A stretch of DNA of 64,000 nt from Saccostrea cucullata (taxonomy: Eukaryota). A program made the translations under genes and the position numbers. Numbering within the stretch: position 1 is the stretch's first letter; every line of letters begins with the position of its first letter. The stretch covers positions 124,001-188,000 of the forward strand of contig NW_026930899.1 of NCBI RefSeq assembly GCF_032062105.1, read 5' to 3'. Positions 28,846-42,700 of the stretch are shown piece after piece. The notes beneath the pieces are model-generated. The model saw only the letters and a program-made list of their open reading frames with translations. It was not told the origin of the DNA and ran no database searches.

Positions 28846-30165
28846 CAGGTAAGATTCGGGGTATAGGATTTCAGTGCCATATGTCCGTCTGTCTGTCTAT
28901 CTAGCTGTCATACCTGTTTGTATGTTTGCCTGCATTGTCCTCTTTGATTCATCATTGGCTATTTTAAAGCTCTCATATTTCATTTGCGTATTCCTTTTGA
29001 TAAAGCTTTTTTCTTAAAGTTTTGCCCAATATTTTGCAAGAATACCCAACTTTAAAGTATTTCTGACAAACATGCAAACACCTATCTATAGACAGACAGA
29101 CGGACGCCCGGGACAGGGCAAACACTAAACAACCTCGAATCTTCAGTTACGGAGGGTGGGGTAAAAAATTATAGTTGCAAAAATGTAGCCCTCTCCCTCT
29201 TTTTTATTTTTTGAGGGGGGGGGGGCTACAGCTCCTTAGGATCTCTGTAATGGTGCAGCTGCGGAAGTGATTCGCTCCTACACGGATTTCGGCTCAAATT
29301 GTCAGTAAATGGCTTAACTGGACTCAAAAAATGCATAGTTATCCTGAACTTATCCAAGACATAAATTAATCCAAAATTATACAGAACGATCCATCTATCG
29401 GTTAATTTTCGTGTATGTCAACATCACAACTTGAATTTATTCTCCATGTTTACTGACCTTGTTAGATTGTATTTTGGGACAGCCAATGAGAATTTAGTTT
29501 CTATATGAGGATCCTTTAGGAATTGTCCTATTTTATTTTTAAAAGCATAAAAATATCTCTGTTTGCGTCAAAAAATAAATTGAATGAACAATTTATTTTA
29601 CCTGCAGTCGCCACTATTTTAAAAAAAAAAAATACTTGGACCATTATAGAGATGCTGTGGAATTGTAACCCTCTCCAGAAAACATCAGATTAAAAAAAAA
29701 TCGGAGAGGGCTACATTATTACGGTTCTTATGTACATACTTGACACAGATTTGAATTTGACAGTTTTTGGAAATCTCTGAACATCAGATCTAAAATATTC
29801 ATGTAAATTCAATATATTGAATTGAGTTTAATTTTTGAATGAAAAGAGAAATTCAAAATGTAAAACAATTTGCAACTCTGTCCGCGCCTGTCTGATCGGC
29901 TCCCGTCGTCAGTTTGACGGTTGTGAAAGGAACGAACGACAACTGTAGAACAATACACAAGCAAATAATCTACATAGATAATTGTATATCAGTTATAATG
30001 TATGTGAAACAAATATTTGTGGACATTGAAATTGTTGAATTTTTTAAGTCTTGTATTATTTTATCACTAAATTTAACAAAACGAAATTTTCAGGATCGAT
30101 ATGTTTTTCATAGAAAATAAGCGAACGACTTGTCATTTTCTGTTACTAAAAATAGTACAAACCAT

Positions 30166-30175
30166 GGAAATCCCC
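30166..30175 (-). promoter_or_regulatory. Candidate NF-kB site upstream of caspase-8
   Basis: GGAAATCCCC = GGGGATTTCC on the - strand, matching GGGRNWYYCC; a GTGAGT donor at 30241 and an acceptor at ~30925 suggest a 5'UTR exon here. Confidence 0.4.
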
Positions 30176-31028
30176 GATTATCAAACTGTGCATTGAAAAT
30201 TTTATATCTTTCAATAGATATGAATATGTTAGCGAAAATGGTGAGTTCTAGACTTAATTTTAAGTTCAATAGAGTAAATATTCATACTAAATGTTTGAAG
30301 TTCCAGGGATTTGATGCTGGTTAACGAATAAACTTCCGTCGAACTCGTATGATGATATTCTCAAATTCTGTATCGACAGAGACATATAAAATCATATTGT
30401 TTTATATGTCTCTGGTATCGATATTTCTTCAAATGTCTCTGATGAACTTCTGTAGCTATGAGTGGTTTGACAATCCTGAAAAAACTTTGTTTAGATTTTT
30501 TTTTCTCATATCTATGTATAGAAATAGAAAACTATTTTAAACTACTCTTCAGTTGAACCATACCTGTATTAGATAGAGAAAGGAAACGCACAACAGATAT
30601 ATTGTTGAATGCAGAAAAGAATAGATTTATTTCTGTCAAGCATGGCCTCACTGAATATACAATATGTATGTAGCTTATAGAGTATGAAATCCTGGTTCCT
30701 GGACTAGAGGCGCACAACTCAAATTTTGGCTCAGGCCTAAAAAATCAAGATCAGCTGTGACTTAGCTACCATTTACCTACATGTGGTTAATTCCTTTTTT
30801 TTAAATTATAGAATGATTAATATCTTAGATCTTTTATATTATGTTAGAAAATGAATACAAAAAATATTGTGAAGTGGAAAAGTCATAAGGATTAATTGCT
30901 GACGTTTTCACTGGGTTTTTTTCAGTAAACAGGAGAATCAACAGTTTCATATTGAGATGCATTACTTCTGAAGAAAATAACTAAACTGGGCACCCTTTGA
31001 AAAGAAAGTGATACAAGAAATTGTTACA

Positions 31029-34000
31029 ATGAATGACATAGAGACAGATCGCCCTGAACTGGTTCCAGATGCAGTTCCCCAGAAGGGCTTTGACTATGGG
31101 CAATTCCTAGTGACTGTGGACAATGGATTAGACACGAGTGATGTGGAAAACCTTAAATTCTTACTTAGAGGTGTAGTCCCCGACTCCAAGCTACAGAAGG
31201 CCCAGAGAGGTCTTGATTTATTTAATGAACTCCAGAACACAGGTGTGATCGACATGGAGGAAGGGGACCTGGAACTGTTAGAGGAGTGTTTGTATAGAAT
31301 TCATAGGAAGGATTTACTGAAGAAAATAGCAAGGGATACCATAATGGTGGAACAAAGATTGCGGAGACTACAAGAAGAAATATACAGAAAAGATGTCAAT
31401 TACATGGAATCCAACAAATTCTTGTCACCTTTCAGGTAACCATCCTGTAATAGGTGTTGATTTTGAAAGTGTTTTGCATGTACATGTTTATCATTTTCTT
31501 TCATTTGAATTATTTATAACTCTGATGGGATAATTTATAGAGATATCTCTCTATATTTGTTACATGTATCAGTGAAAATGATAACTGACCTAATTTTAAG
31601 AATTGTAGAATTTTTTTTATTTGAAACAAACAAACAATTTTGATATTGATAAAAATTATTTCAATGCTATAGATAAAAATTAATGTAACATTTTCATGAT
31701 TTTGGTAAAAATATGCATACTTTTATGAAAACAATTTCACCAGAAATACTTTTGTTAAAAACTTAATCGAAGATCTATTTTTTTATTACTTCAGAGTGCT
31801 GCTATTTGAGATTGGAGAGGACATTGACGATGAAGAATTTGGTTCAGTGATGTTTGCTCTTACATCGCTTGTTCCTAAAGGACAGCTTTCTAAAATGAAG
31901 TCCATATTTGATTTGTTTCTGTTTTTGGAGAAAAAAGATGAAATGTCCCATTTGAAAGTTGATGTTTTACTGAAAGTGCTTAAAGTCATTGACAGGGCTG
32001 ATCTTATACCAAAAGTCAACAAATACCTCTCCAGTCAAAGTAAGTATGAATAGAGCCAAAAAATTCTTTTTACACTAATGGTAAATTTCAATTTATTGTT
32101 TTATATCGTTACTTTAGGATTTGAAAATTCTTGCTCCAAGGCTTTGATAAAAATATTTTTTGTTCATAAATCTCCTTTAAATTCATTGAAATATTGCTAT
32201 TATTTATACTAGGTTTTCACAGTACAATTTTAAATGTGCATGCTTGTAGTTTAAGTATTCAATGTGTGCAGGTGTAATGTTTTTTATATAAACTTGATTA
32301 CCATGATAGGTAAGAGGAATAGCCCATCCCAGTTCACTGGCCCCACACAGATGGAAGTGGAGCCCTCAGAGGGACCACAACTTCACCCACCACCCCAGCT
32401 GCCTCCAATGGGACAAGGCACCACACTAGCCATGGGTAGGCTGAAGTTCTTTGAATTAACATAACATTTTATTGTTTCTTTAAAATTTTTGAATGACTTT
32501 GATACATTTGATTCTTTTAATTGTTTTAGCCGCTCCATTAGCAGATGGACTTTTAATAAGACTTGCTGATGTTATTTCCAAAAGTCCAGACTGGAAAGAC
32601 TTGGCCCCATTTCTGGGTTTGGAGGACATGACTATATTAGCTTTAGTTAATGATGATAACATGATGCCATCATTAAGGGTATATAAGATGCTTCAGCACT
32701 GGCAGAGAGACGTGATGCAGAACGACGAGACTTGCCGCGTGACTATGATAGGGGTCCTCCAGAAGTTTAGAATTACAGAGGGACTGCAGATACTGGGACA
32801 AACTGTGGAGGAAGACGAACACATTCCTAACCCAAGTAAGTACAATCCAGTAACTAAAATGGTAACAAAATTAGATAATGTTGATATCAGAAAGCGTTCC
32901 TGCTTTCAAAATAGCATTGCGATGATAATTTAAAACTGAAACACCTGACTCATTATCAAAAACAATATATGTTGAATATAAACTAAAGTTACATGAGAAA
33001 TCTTGAGAATAAGAAATGCTTTTACGAGTTGAATTATTTATAGCTCCAATGGACTTGCGTTCTTTGTATCAACCTCCGACTGGGGAAATTCCTTTGTCAT
33101 TGAGACACCCTGCCCCGGAGCCTCTTCCTGATATCCAGGCCCTGAGACCAAACATGTCTGAGATCGAGACACAAACTTCCATGTTGATTCTTCCTCATGG
33201 AAACCAGCCTATCAGAGACCACAACGAAGAAAATTTATCAGTATCAAACAGTAAGTGCAAATTTCTATCTAAGCTATAAACATTTGTGCATAACAACTAA
33301 ACAGGAAGTGCACATGTATGTCTTTACATGTAGATAATTAGGTAATTATCGTTAATATTTGAAGTAATAAGTAGCATCATTTTAAAAAAGTACAAGGATG
33401 TTGCATCACAGAAAGCTTGATACATTTAACTGTTATTTTGTTGAACCATTGTTAATTTCTGCTCCATAATGCAGTCCTTTTACTCTAATTAGCTTTAGAC
33501 TGCAGTGTTGATCTCTCTCTCTTTCTCTCTCCTTCTCTCTCTCTCTCAATGAGAAAAATATAAAATGTATATATAGCAATGGTTAAACATTTAATATAAC
33601 ATTTAATTATATGATAGCTGAGGCCAGGATACAGCTTGCAGAGTTACATCCCCCTCCCTCAGAAAACAACAATGCTCAGTCAGCGAGAAGTATAAGGGGT
33701 GTGTAAATTCTGTGTTCAATTTTATATGTTAATTACTTCATCAGATCTATGTTAAATAGTTATGTTGAATGTTACCCCTGGTAAATCGCGAAATAAATTT
33801 AAACCCTTGGTAAATAAAAATACAGTATATACTTCATCAGAGACATTTGTTATCTAATAGACAAGCTGCTTTCCAGAAACTGTTTATTTTCTTTCTACTT
33901 TTTTCCTTATCACTGTATGGCTGATGAGAAGTTTCTATAAATTGTTGGTTCTATATGTTTTAAGGTAATGTAATGGAGAATCTAGGCCAGATGATGAATA

Positions 34001-35498
34001 GAGCACACATTGATGATGAGATGGATCTGCCGTCATATCGTATGGACAGAAAACCAAGAGGTGAAGCCTGAAAATTCATCTTTATATCTCAAGAAAATCC
34101 TGGAAATTGTGCCCATCCATTTCTTAATAGAGTTGACCCCTCTTTTCTTTTAAAATTAAAGTAAATGCTACATATATCCAAAAGTAAATTAAGGGACTTT
34201 TTATCACAAAGAATGAATTTTATATACCGTTTCTGCAAGTGCACTTCCTATTTCTCTGTCTCTTCCTCTCTCTTTGGCAAAAACGCTATATCAGTACGTA
34301 ATACATTGTTATGTCTTACCTTTGTAGGCATTGCTTTGATAATCAACAACATGAAATTTTTCAAAGTGCCAAACGATCCAGAAAGCAAAGAGATGCCAGA
34401 CAGAACTGGCACAGACCTGGATGCAGGTGCATATTCTATCTGGTTTCTAAATTTCATGAAAGACCCTTTTTAATGAGCATTATAAGAAATTCCACTTGTA
34501 AATTTAAAATGGGAAAAATTTTATTGGCATTTATTGAAATTTTCATAATTTACAGATAAATTAACCTACATTTTCCGTAAACTTGACTTCCGTGTGAAAC
34601 GTTATGACAATCTAGAGGACTATGCAATGAACAGGAGACTTGTTGAGGTGTCCTTTGAAGACCATTCTCAGTTTGACTGTTTTGTGTGCTGTATTTTGTC
34701 CCATGGTGTCCTGCAGAACATTTATGGCACTAATGGTAGATTGGTCAGAATCTCCGAGTTAACGGGAATATTCCGATCTGGGAAGTGTCCAAGTCTGGCT
34801 GGAAAACCAAAGTTGTTTTTCATTCAGGCATGTCAAGGAAGGGAAAAACAAGGAGGTAAAAGTTCTTGTCTAAACATTTACAGACTATAATACATCAATA
34901 AAGAGGTAACTGTTAAGATTTTTTCTTATAATTAAAATCTTACAAATATTTGCAATTTCATAATTACCTGACAACCTGCTCGATAATTTTTCATTCAGGT
35001 ATTGACATTGAGATGGACAGTGATATTGAACCGGACAATGGCCGGACCTCTGAGATGATCCCCGATGAGGCGGACTTTGTACTGGGGTGTGCCACTGTAC
35101 CAGGGTACGTGTCCTACAGAAGTAGGTCACAGGGAAGCTGGTTTGTCAACAAACTGGTGGAGATGTTAGATAAATATGCCTACAGGTAGGTCTCATGATT
35201 TTTTATAGATCAAAATAAGGTAGAAAATTAGATTTGATGCAGAAAAAAGGATGATAAGATTTTTCACTCATTAATGATAAAAAACTGGAAGATTATACTA
35301 CTTGTACTGCTTTTCAGTTCTCTAGCATCTGTTGTTTTTAATAGTATACTTCCAATTTTCTTCAGATATGACCTGCTGAGTATCTTGGTCAAAGTGAATG
35401 AGGAGGTAGGGAGAGCCAATGCTCGTTTGGAGGGTGGAGTCTACAAACAAATCCCTGCCCCCCTGGTAACCCTTAGGAAGAAGCTGTTCTTTCGATAA
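31029..35498 (+). CDS. CASP8: Caspase-8-like initiator caspase, DED-DED-DD-caspase, 728 aa, 11 coding exons
   Basis: Exons 31029-31435, 31795-32039, 32310-32435, 32530-32835, 33044-33250, 33618-33698, 33965-34060, 34328-34426, 34556-34855, 34999-35185, 35366-35498; all GT-AG and phase-consistent (2187 nt). DED1 (LKFLL..RIHRKDLL), DED2 (LFEIGE..IDRADL), death-domain-like exon (WKDLAPFLGL..YKMLQHW), YRMDRKPRGIALIINN, ILSHG, QACQG, IEMD linker, DEADF, SYR..GSWF, LRKKLFF. Confidence 0.93.
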
Positions 35499-35745
35499 AC
35501 CTTACACTATGTGATTCATGTTTACACAATTTTTGAAACACAAAAAAATTATTTTTGTGATGTAAAATTTTGTTTAAAATCACTTTGATGAATATTTTTC
35601 AAAGAGGAATTTGCTTCAAACACCCAGTGTGCATGTTTTTTTTTACATAATTGTAAAAGTGCAGACATTGTTAATTATACATTATATGTTTTGTTCAAAG
35701 CATTGTGATTTATTAAATCTAATCATTTTTGATCATTGTTATGCA

Positions 35746-35751
35746 AATAAA
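35746..35751 (+). promoter_or_regulatory. Putative polyadenylation signal of caspase-8
   Basis: AATAAA ~250 nt after the stop codon. Confidence 0.45.
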
Positions 35752-36528
35752 TATATTTAAAATATATGCACATTATTGTTTTTTTTAATAACGTGTAAAT
35801 TTACATATGTAAAGCGTATCTTGATTATCAACATTTGAAAGCTTTATTTCTGATTATTTCCTGTTTTCAATCAAATTCTTTATTTTTACAGATTTTTAAA
35901 ATTAAGGAATGAAGCTTATTTTTGCAAAGCGGTTTATGAAAAAGCTTAAACTGCCACAAGTTATGTTATTTCCAAATTGTATATCATAGGTTAAAATAAG
36001 CTTCATTCCTTATAAATCATTTCCAGTGTGGACAATAAGACAATTTTTCCTCCAAAAATGGCTTCAAATTGAGCAAATTTTAGAAGTAACGTCGTGCAGA
36101 GTAATACGTTTTTGAGATAACTCATTGTTACGTAGTCATCTTATGTTATACGTATTAAATCTTTTATCCAATCAAATGACGTGTTACAACGAAAATTAAA
36201 TTATTCTTACAGATTATGAAATTATGGAAAATATATTTTTGTGGATATTGTTAGTATATAGGTCCTTGATGATATAAAAACTTTTATACATACTTTACTT
36301 CAGACATACTAAAGAGCGCTTGCTTTGCTACTACATGTAATTTGCATTGTTTAAATGGACTATGAGCTTGAATACGGATTGCCATCTCCATGTTTCATTT
36401 ATGTGTAGTAGGTCACTAGCAGGATGAAAAGTATACGTGCTTTTTAACAAAACACATGTACAAAATATCACGTGCTGGAGTGTGATGAGTTTGGTTTTGT
36501 GTCATTTTTATTAATTCAAAAAGCTTAC

Positions 36529-36573
36529 TTACTTATCCTCTCCGTGCCCCGGAGGACACATGAGGCCGTAGTT
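36529..36573 (-). mobile_element. 45-bp 5'-truncated retroposon (RTE-like 3' tail)
   Basis: Minus strand ends ..ggagaggataagtaa with a (TAAG)n tail; 11-bp TSD aaaaagcttac (36518-28, 36574-84). Confidence 0.65.
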
Positions 36574-36992
36574 AAAAAGCTTACGCCATGCTAAATGCCC
36601 CCTTTTGATCAGAAATTCATGAATGATACTTTTAGTATGAGTTCATTCTTATGTAGATATAAATCCTTTGCAACCAGACAGTTTTTCTTTGGAAGTACCA
36701 AAAACTGAAAATGTAAGGTTCACCTTCACAAACTGACATTGCCATCTACGGGTCCGATTTTTCTATTTTTGATTGACAGGAGAAACGTAATTACTAATTA
36801 CATGTAATAATTATTACGTTATATACCAGTAATTTTAACATTTTTGGCACTTTTTTCTCGATATTAATTTACACCCAGTCTACCTTAAGCCAGTCCTTCC
36901 TTTTTACTTCCCAATAAACGAAGTGAAATAGTAGAAACTGTCTTAATTCAGATTGATTCTAACCGAAAACCCCACCCTTTCTACTTTTGTTG

Positions 36993-37254
36993 GTCGCCCG
37001 CATGGCGCTGTGGGTAGAAAGTCTGCTAAAGAGTAGCGAAGTAAGGAGTCGGTTTCGAATCCAACTGTGGGACGTGGAGACCGATCATTTGGGACGTGGA
37101 GCTGAAGTAGGCACGAAAAAGATCCCACACTGCAAAATGGCCTTGAGTGCCGAGGATAGGAAAAAAAATGTAGCTTTCCACTGGCAAGTGGTGACGTCCC
37201 AATATGAATGAAAAAAAATTCTCGAGAAGGAAGTTAAACAACAATCAATCAATC
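36993..37254 (+). mobile_element. tRNA-derived SINE, diverged copy
   Basis: Homologous to 46109-46406; degenerate A/B boxes; (CAAT)n tail. Confidence 0.8.
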
Positions 37255-38459
37255 CCCTTTCGTTGAGGTATCGATGATAAAACGGAGTATATTAATGATA
37301 AAACGGAGTATATTAATGTAATGTTATCAACAGTTTCATGTCGGTAAGAGTAAGTTGAAATCCCCGCCACCACCAGATAGTTTCTGGAGTTAAACAAGTT
37401 CCTTTTTATTTGGAAGAGGTGATTTTTCAAATTTTTTTAGGTGTGTCATTTTTTGTTGTTGTTGTTACTCAACTCCCTTCAAAGTGATGCTACATTCCTG
37501 TTTAATAGCTCAGGTAACAAGATCTTGGCAAGGAAATACAAGAACAGGATTATAAATGAATTTAAAGTTCAAGTTTATATGTTTTCACATTAGAAACAAA
37601 TTTAGCGCGTGTCATTGTGTGCATAATTAACAGCTCTTTTAAGACAATGGACAGATTTCTTCTATCATAGTTATTGATGTGTCTACATTTCATTGCACCC
37701 CTCTCTTACATCCTATGTCACATTCGGACGACAGGACTGTTTACAAAATACAAAGAGAAGTATTTTTCACACCTGAAATAATTTATATGATATAGATAAA
37801 AAGAAACTTGATGACTGACTTGATATATATTCTTGGACCAATATTAATTCTGGTTGTAAATATAGTGCAAACAAATAAATTCCTAAAATATTTAAAAGAT
37901 TGTAGAATTTTCCAGCTGTTCAAAATTCAACCTCCTTTTTTCATACAAATGTATACAATTTTGTCGCTTTATAAAGCTCTTTATTGTTAAACTTTATATG
38001 AAGAGTTAACAACAAGCGGTTAAACTTATTCATTTTGCAATTCGATACTTAAGAGCATGTTTCAACTAAAGCTGTCATTTTCAAGATTTTGGATAAAAAT
38101 TGTATCACCTGTCCTTAAGTAAACTTCTGACATACGGTAGGTCAATGCCATTGTTTTAAAATCTGGATATGTTTTACATGTAGAATACAAAATGATTTTA
38201 CATTTTTTCTGTAATACAAATGCAACAAAACCTGTGACTTACTTTAAAAGGTGAAGATACCGATCAATCTCTCAAATTTTTTTAACAATACAGATATGTC
38301 AGTGAAGAGTTCATAAAACACAAAAACCTGGAAATGCTGTTGTCTAGGAGGAGTAAGTTTACCTTGATGAATGGTTACACCCCATGAGCGCTCTGTATTG
38401 TTTAGGTACATGGATGTTTCTTTAATCAAATTCAGTATTTAAACAAAGACCTAACAATT

Positions 38460-38840
38460 GGTATAACATTTCGTGTTTACAACGCAAAACTATGATTCGA
38501 CACCTAAGAGCATGTTTTGAGAAACATCAATTTATTAACTGATGCAGGTTACTGACAGATAAGTTGGGGTTACAATATAACAGAGATTTCAAGAACCTCG
38601 TTCAAAGTCTTTCTTTCGTAAATTCTAGGGTTGTTTGAAAGAACCTGTTAGCAAATATATTCATTGGATCGTATTTTGGCTGACTTTTTTCATGCCAATT
38701 TTTGAGCCTTTGTTTTTATACTGAATTTGACTGCGGTAAGTTCCCTCTAAATGATCAATATATGGGCTCACGGCGGATATGTTAGGTCAACAAGGGATGC
38801 TTACTCCTCGTAGGCACCCAATCCCAACTCTAGATTTTTC
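38460..38840 (+). mobile_element. Penelope-like RT C-terminus and 3' motif relic
   Basis: RSKSSFRKF-like remnant and the gggctcacggcggat..caacaagggatgcttactcctcgtaggcacccaatccca motif. Confidence 0.6.
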
Positions 38841-39086
38841 ATGACTATAAGTTTTTGTGTTCTATCTTTACTGAGTTGTATTGATTATATATTTTATAGA
38901 TCGCATGAGAAATATAACACAACCAACAAAGAAATCAATTTATTTTCATCTCAACATCATTTACAAAGCATATATAAAACTATTTACATAATAATGACAT
39001 GTACGTGTGTTCTATTGATTCATTATGAATAATAATGAGTTTATGAATATTTAAAATTATTAAATGGAAGGCATATGATATTTTTG

Positions 39087-39791
39087 TTATGGACAGGCCA
39101 TCCAAGACACCCCTAGACCAAACAGCTTACTGTCGTAGGCTGACGTCATGAAGATGGAGAATCTCTCTGGACGTACCCATTGTAAGTTGACCTTGATTCT
39201 GGTATTGGTGTTATATTGGGCGTCTATCATCTTAATGGCATACATTACGACTGGTCTCTCTATGAAAGGTTGTTCAAACTTTATCCTCTTTTCTTGTGGA
39301 AATGGCGATTTCGGGTAACTCATGAAATTAACCTCTCCTGCCTGACCTTTTGATTAAATTAAGAAAACATACACTGTTGTTCAAAAACAAAAATACACAA
39401 ACATACATGTATTTAATTTTTAGCAAAGAAGTGATCACAATTGTTCACATATAAATGTTTTTAAAGAACTTACATAAAGTTGATGTTGCACTACCTACAA
39501 AAAAGAACTGAGAATACACTACTGGATTATAACGTTATTTGATTTTGATGTTCTACGTCTCTTTATAAAAAATAAAAACACAATTTTTTATTTATTTTCT
39601 TTTGAAAAAATATGTTGTCAATTTCCCTTCAATTATATAATGGTTATGAAATGACAGACGGCTTAAATATTGGAAAACATGACCAGTATTAATATCATAT
39701 GTTAAGCATGAAAAATAAAACGATACATACCAATATAACAAATGACCATGAGTAGAGCAGCTATTCTGATATCGACAGAAAAGGGGCTCAT
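39087..39791 (-). CDS. Secreted H-type lectin domain protein A (113 aa)
   Basis: Exons 39791-39731 (signal MSPFSVDIRIAALLMVICYIG), 39494-39474 (21-nt microexon), 39346-39087; GT-AG and in frame (342 nt); H-lectin pattern IKFEQPF..PVVMYAIKMID....NTR.....F......DSKLFGLGVSWMAC. Confidence 0.88.
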
Positions 39792-42700
39792 CTACGAAAA
39801 AGAAAAAAAATAGGAATTAAGTTGATATTTTCCATAACTTCATCGGAAAACACCGAAGAGAGTTTAATGTTACCCGTATCAGAGTAGACAAGAGACTTTT
39901 TTTTTTCTTTTAGAATTGATTCTTCGTGTTAAATACCATCCACATAATCATAATATTTTTAATGTCTGCCATATTTTTCTAAGACTATTAAAGTTTCAGC
40001 ACTGAGACGCATGGGAAAGAGTCTAACGTTACTAGTATTATAGTAAAACAATAAAAAATGACGCTGATGATGATGATTATGATGATGATAAAGGGACTGT
40101 AATCTTTGAAACAGTACAAGAAGCCTTTTTTTTCTTGTTCATATTATTTATAGCATTGTCTAGTGACTTATAACTTTTGCATAATTATGATAGAAATAGT
40201 CCTTTGCTAAAACAACATAACATTATTTTTTTTTAAAATTTATTTAAAAGATAAATTACTTTTTAAACATAAAACATGATGTTAAAGCGTTTACCTTCAG
40301 TTTAGTTCCTATCACAAACAGTTTTCTGGAAAAAAAAATCACAAAAATAAAGCCATAAAAAGACATAAAAAGGCTGAAAAAGAAATTAAAAAGAATTGTG
40401 TTAACTTAATAAAGTATCTAGATTTCTATTGGTTGAATCTGAAACACACAATATTCAATGTAATTATGTTAAGCACGAAGTTTGCAGATTGTTCTTGTGT
40501 CTTTTTATAAAATTACTTCTTTTATAAGATTAATTAAATTCCTGTTCATTACATCACCATCTACAGGTCTGTATGCAAACTTTTATCTCACAGAAAACGT
40601 CAAGAAACGTTGAAATGAAGAACAATTATAATGTTTTGCAATTTTAGAGAGTTATGACAAAAATTTGATATAAAATATTACTGATAAACGTTTCTTTCTT
40701 TGTTTATCTGATATTTTTTTCTATTCTTTGGGTAACAAACGAAAATCAAAAAGGGCTTTTAATTAAAAAAAACGAAAAAAAAAAAAAACGTATGTTATAT
40801 TTTTTTCAAGAATTTACTTTCTTATTTATACAAATCAATACCCTGTATAATATATAAAATACCAACCTTATAAAAAATTTCCTTGCTTGCATATCTAGAG
40901 ATTTATTTAAAGATAACCAAAAAGTTGATTGAATGAGAGCTTATATACCAGATTTGTAATGTATTGAAAAAAGAGAAAATATGGGGATGAACTCGGTAAA
41001 CGGTAGACTTAGGTGCATGTAATTTTTCATTTGTGTGAACCAGTCTTTTGTTTTTCCACTAACTCCATATTTATCACACCTACAGAGCGGCATTTTAAAT
41101 TCCATATTCCTACCACACACGTGGAGAAAAAAAATTTTTTTACTTACCTGAAAAAGTTTTTAAAAGTTGCCCAAAGTCGAAAATCCTATTTTTTAGGGTA
41201 AACCTTTTCTCAGTGTCAACTAGTTTTAGTACCAATTCTAATACTACATTTTCTAAAAGTCTAAAGGTGAGGGGGCCAACCAAGCTTTCAATTAACATTT
41301 CCTATAGTATAAGTAAGGTTGGGGAAAAAATGTATTGGCCCCCCGGTTGCTAAGCCCCTGGACATTTAAACATGTGTTTTTTCTTCATTTATTCATCTAA
41401 AACAAACACAATTTCACTTTCGGCATTCTGATTTTATTTTTAATATATTCGATCAGTGCATACTATTAATGCAAGATATATTACTGTAGTCAGCGGCGGC
41501 TCACACAAATTGGTCCGACCAAAATAGTTCCATCATGATTCAGTAGATACAACATAATTGTTCATGATAAGAGTGAAGTTGTGTATGTCATACGTTAAAG
41601 AAATCAAAAACAACGTCAAAATATTATTAGAAAATCACTTTCCCCCCGAAATGCAAATAAAAAATATCAATATTCCTACGCTCGCTCCCTCCTCAGCCTT
41701 TTTTTCATGTTTGATAACAGAGAATATTTAGGTCATTCTTCGATTCATATCTTTTCACCGATGAATTGATAATACTATATCAACAACTGTATTAAGTACA
41801 TGTTTATAGTCCGTTAATTATCATACAATTTCTTCTTAAAGAAAAAATTAATCATTCTGTGTGTGTGTTTTATTAAATGATGGAATATTTAATCCCTGGC
41901 CGGATTCTGCTCGTGTGTACACTTGGTAAACTGTAGGGTATAAAATGTGTAGCAAAACATAATTCGTGTTGTTCAGCATACCATTTCATATAGAGCTTTT
42001 ATGTAAGTAATTTCTGCGACGATTACATTAGTATATTTCAGTAATTTTCAAAACAAAAAAAGGTTTTCAGTTTAGAAACCCTCCAGATTTTCCTAACCCG
42101 GCCATTTTAAACACAAGTTGTTGCAGATGCAAATGATAGAACAAACTATAGTTCAACCATGTCAACAGGGATTGTATAATTTTTATTAATCCATATGATC
42201 TAATTAAGAAAAGAAAAGTTTTGTCTGCCATCGTAACTTCTCGGCAAAACAAAACGTGTTTCTCCGAGCTCGCTGGATGCGTTTGACAACTCCATCGCAC
42301 GTGTGTAGACCTAGGCTAATGTTGGTCTTGCGGACACAGGTATGTGTACTGTTTGTTAGGAGACTGGGTGACCGTAATGCTACGGACTCACGAAATTTAC
42401 ACCAATTCCATAATTATACCGCAGTTTTTTTTAATTAAAGTCATTATAAACACTGTTAAACATATTAAATCTAAAAGTCGAATATCTTTGGATATGGGGT
42501 AACCCATATCTATTCTTGTTATATTTTGTTTTGGTAATTTTGGAGAAGTAAATAAGAAAAAAAAGAAATAAAGGCATACTTGATTGTAAATAATTAAAAG
42601 TAACGGTATATATTTTTTTTATTCTGACATATCTAAATATATATTAAACAAGGGAAAACATCTCAAATTTGCAATACATCTATTTAAGGAATTACTGTCT

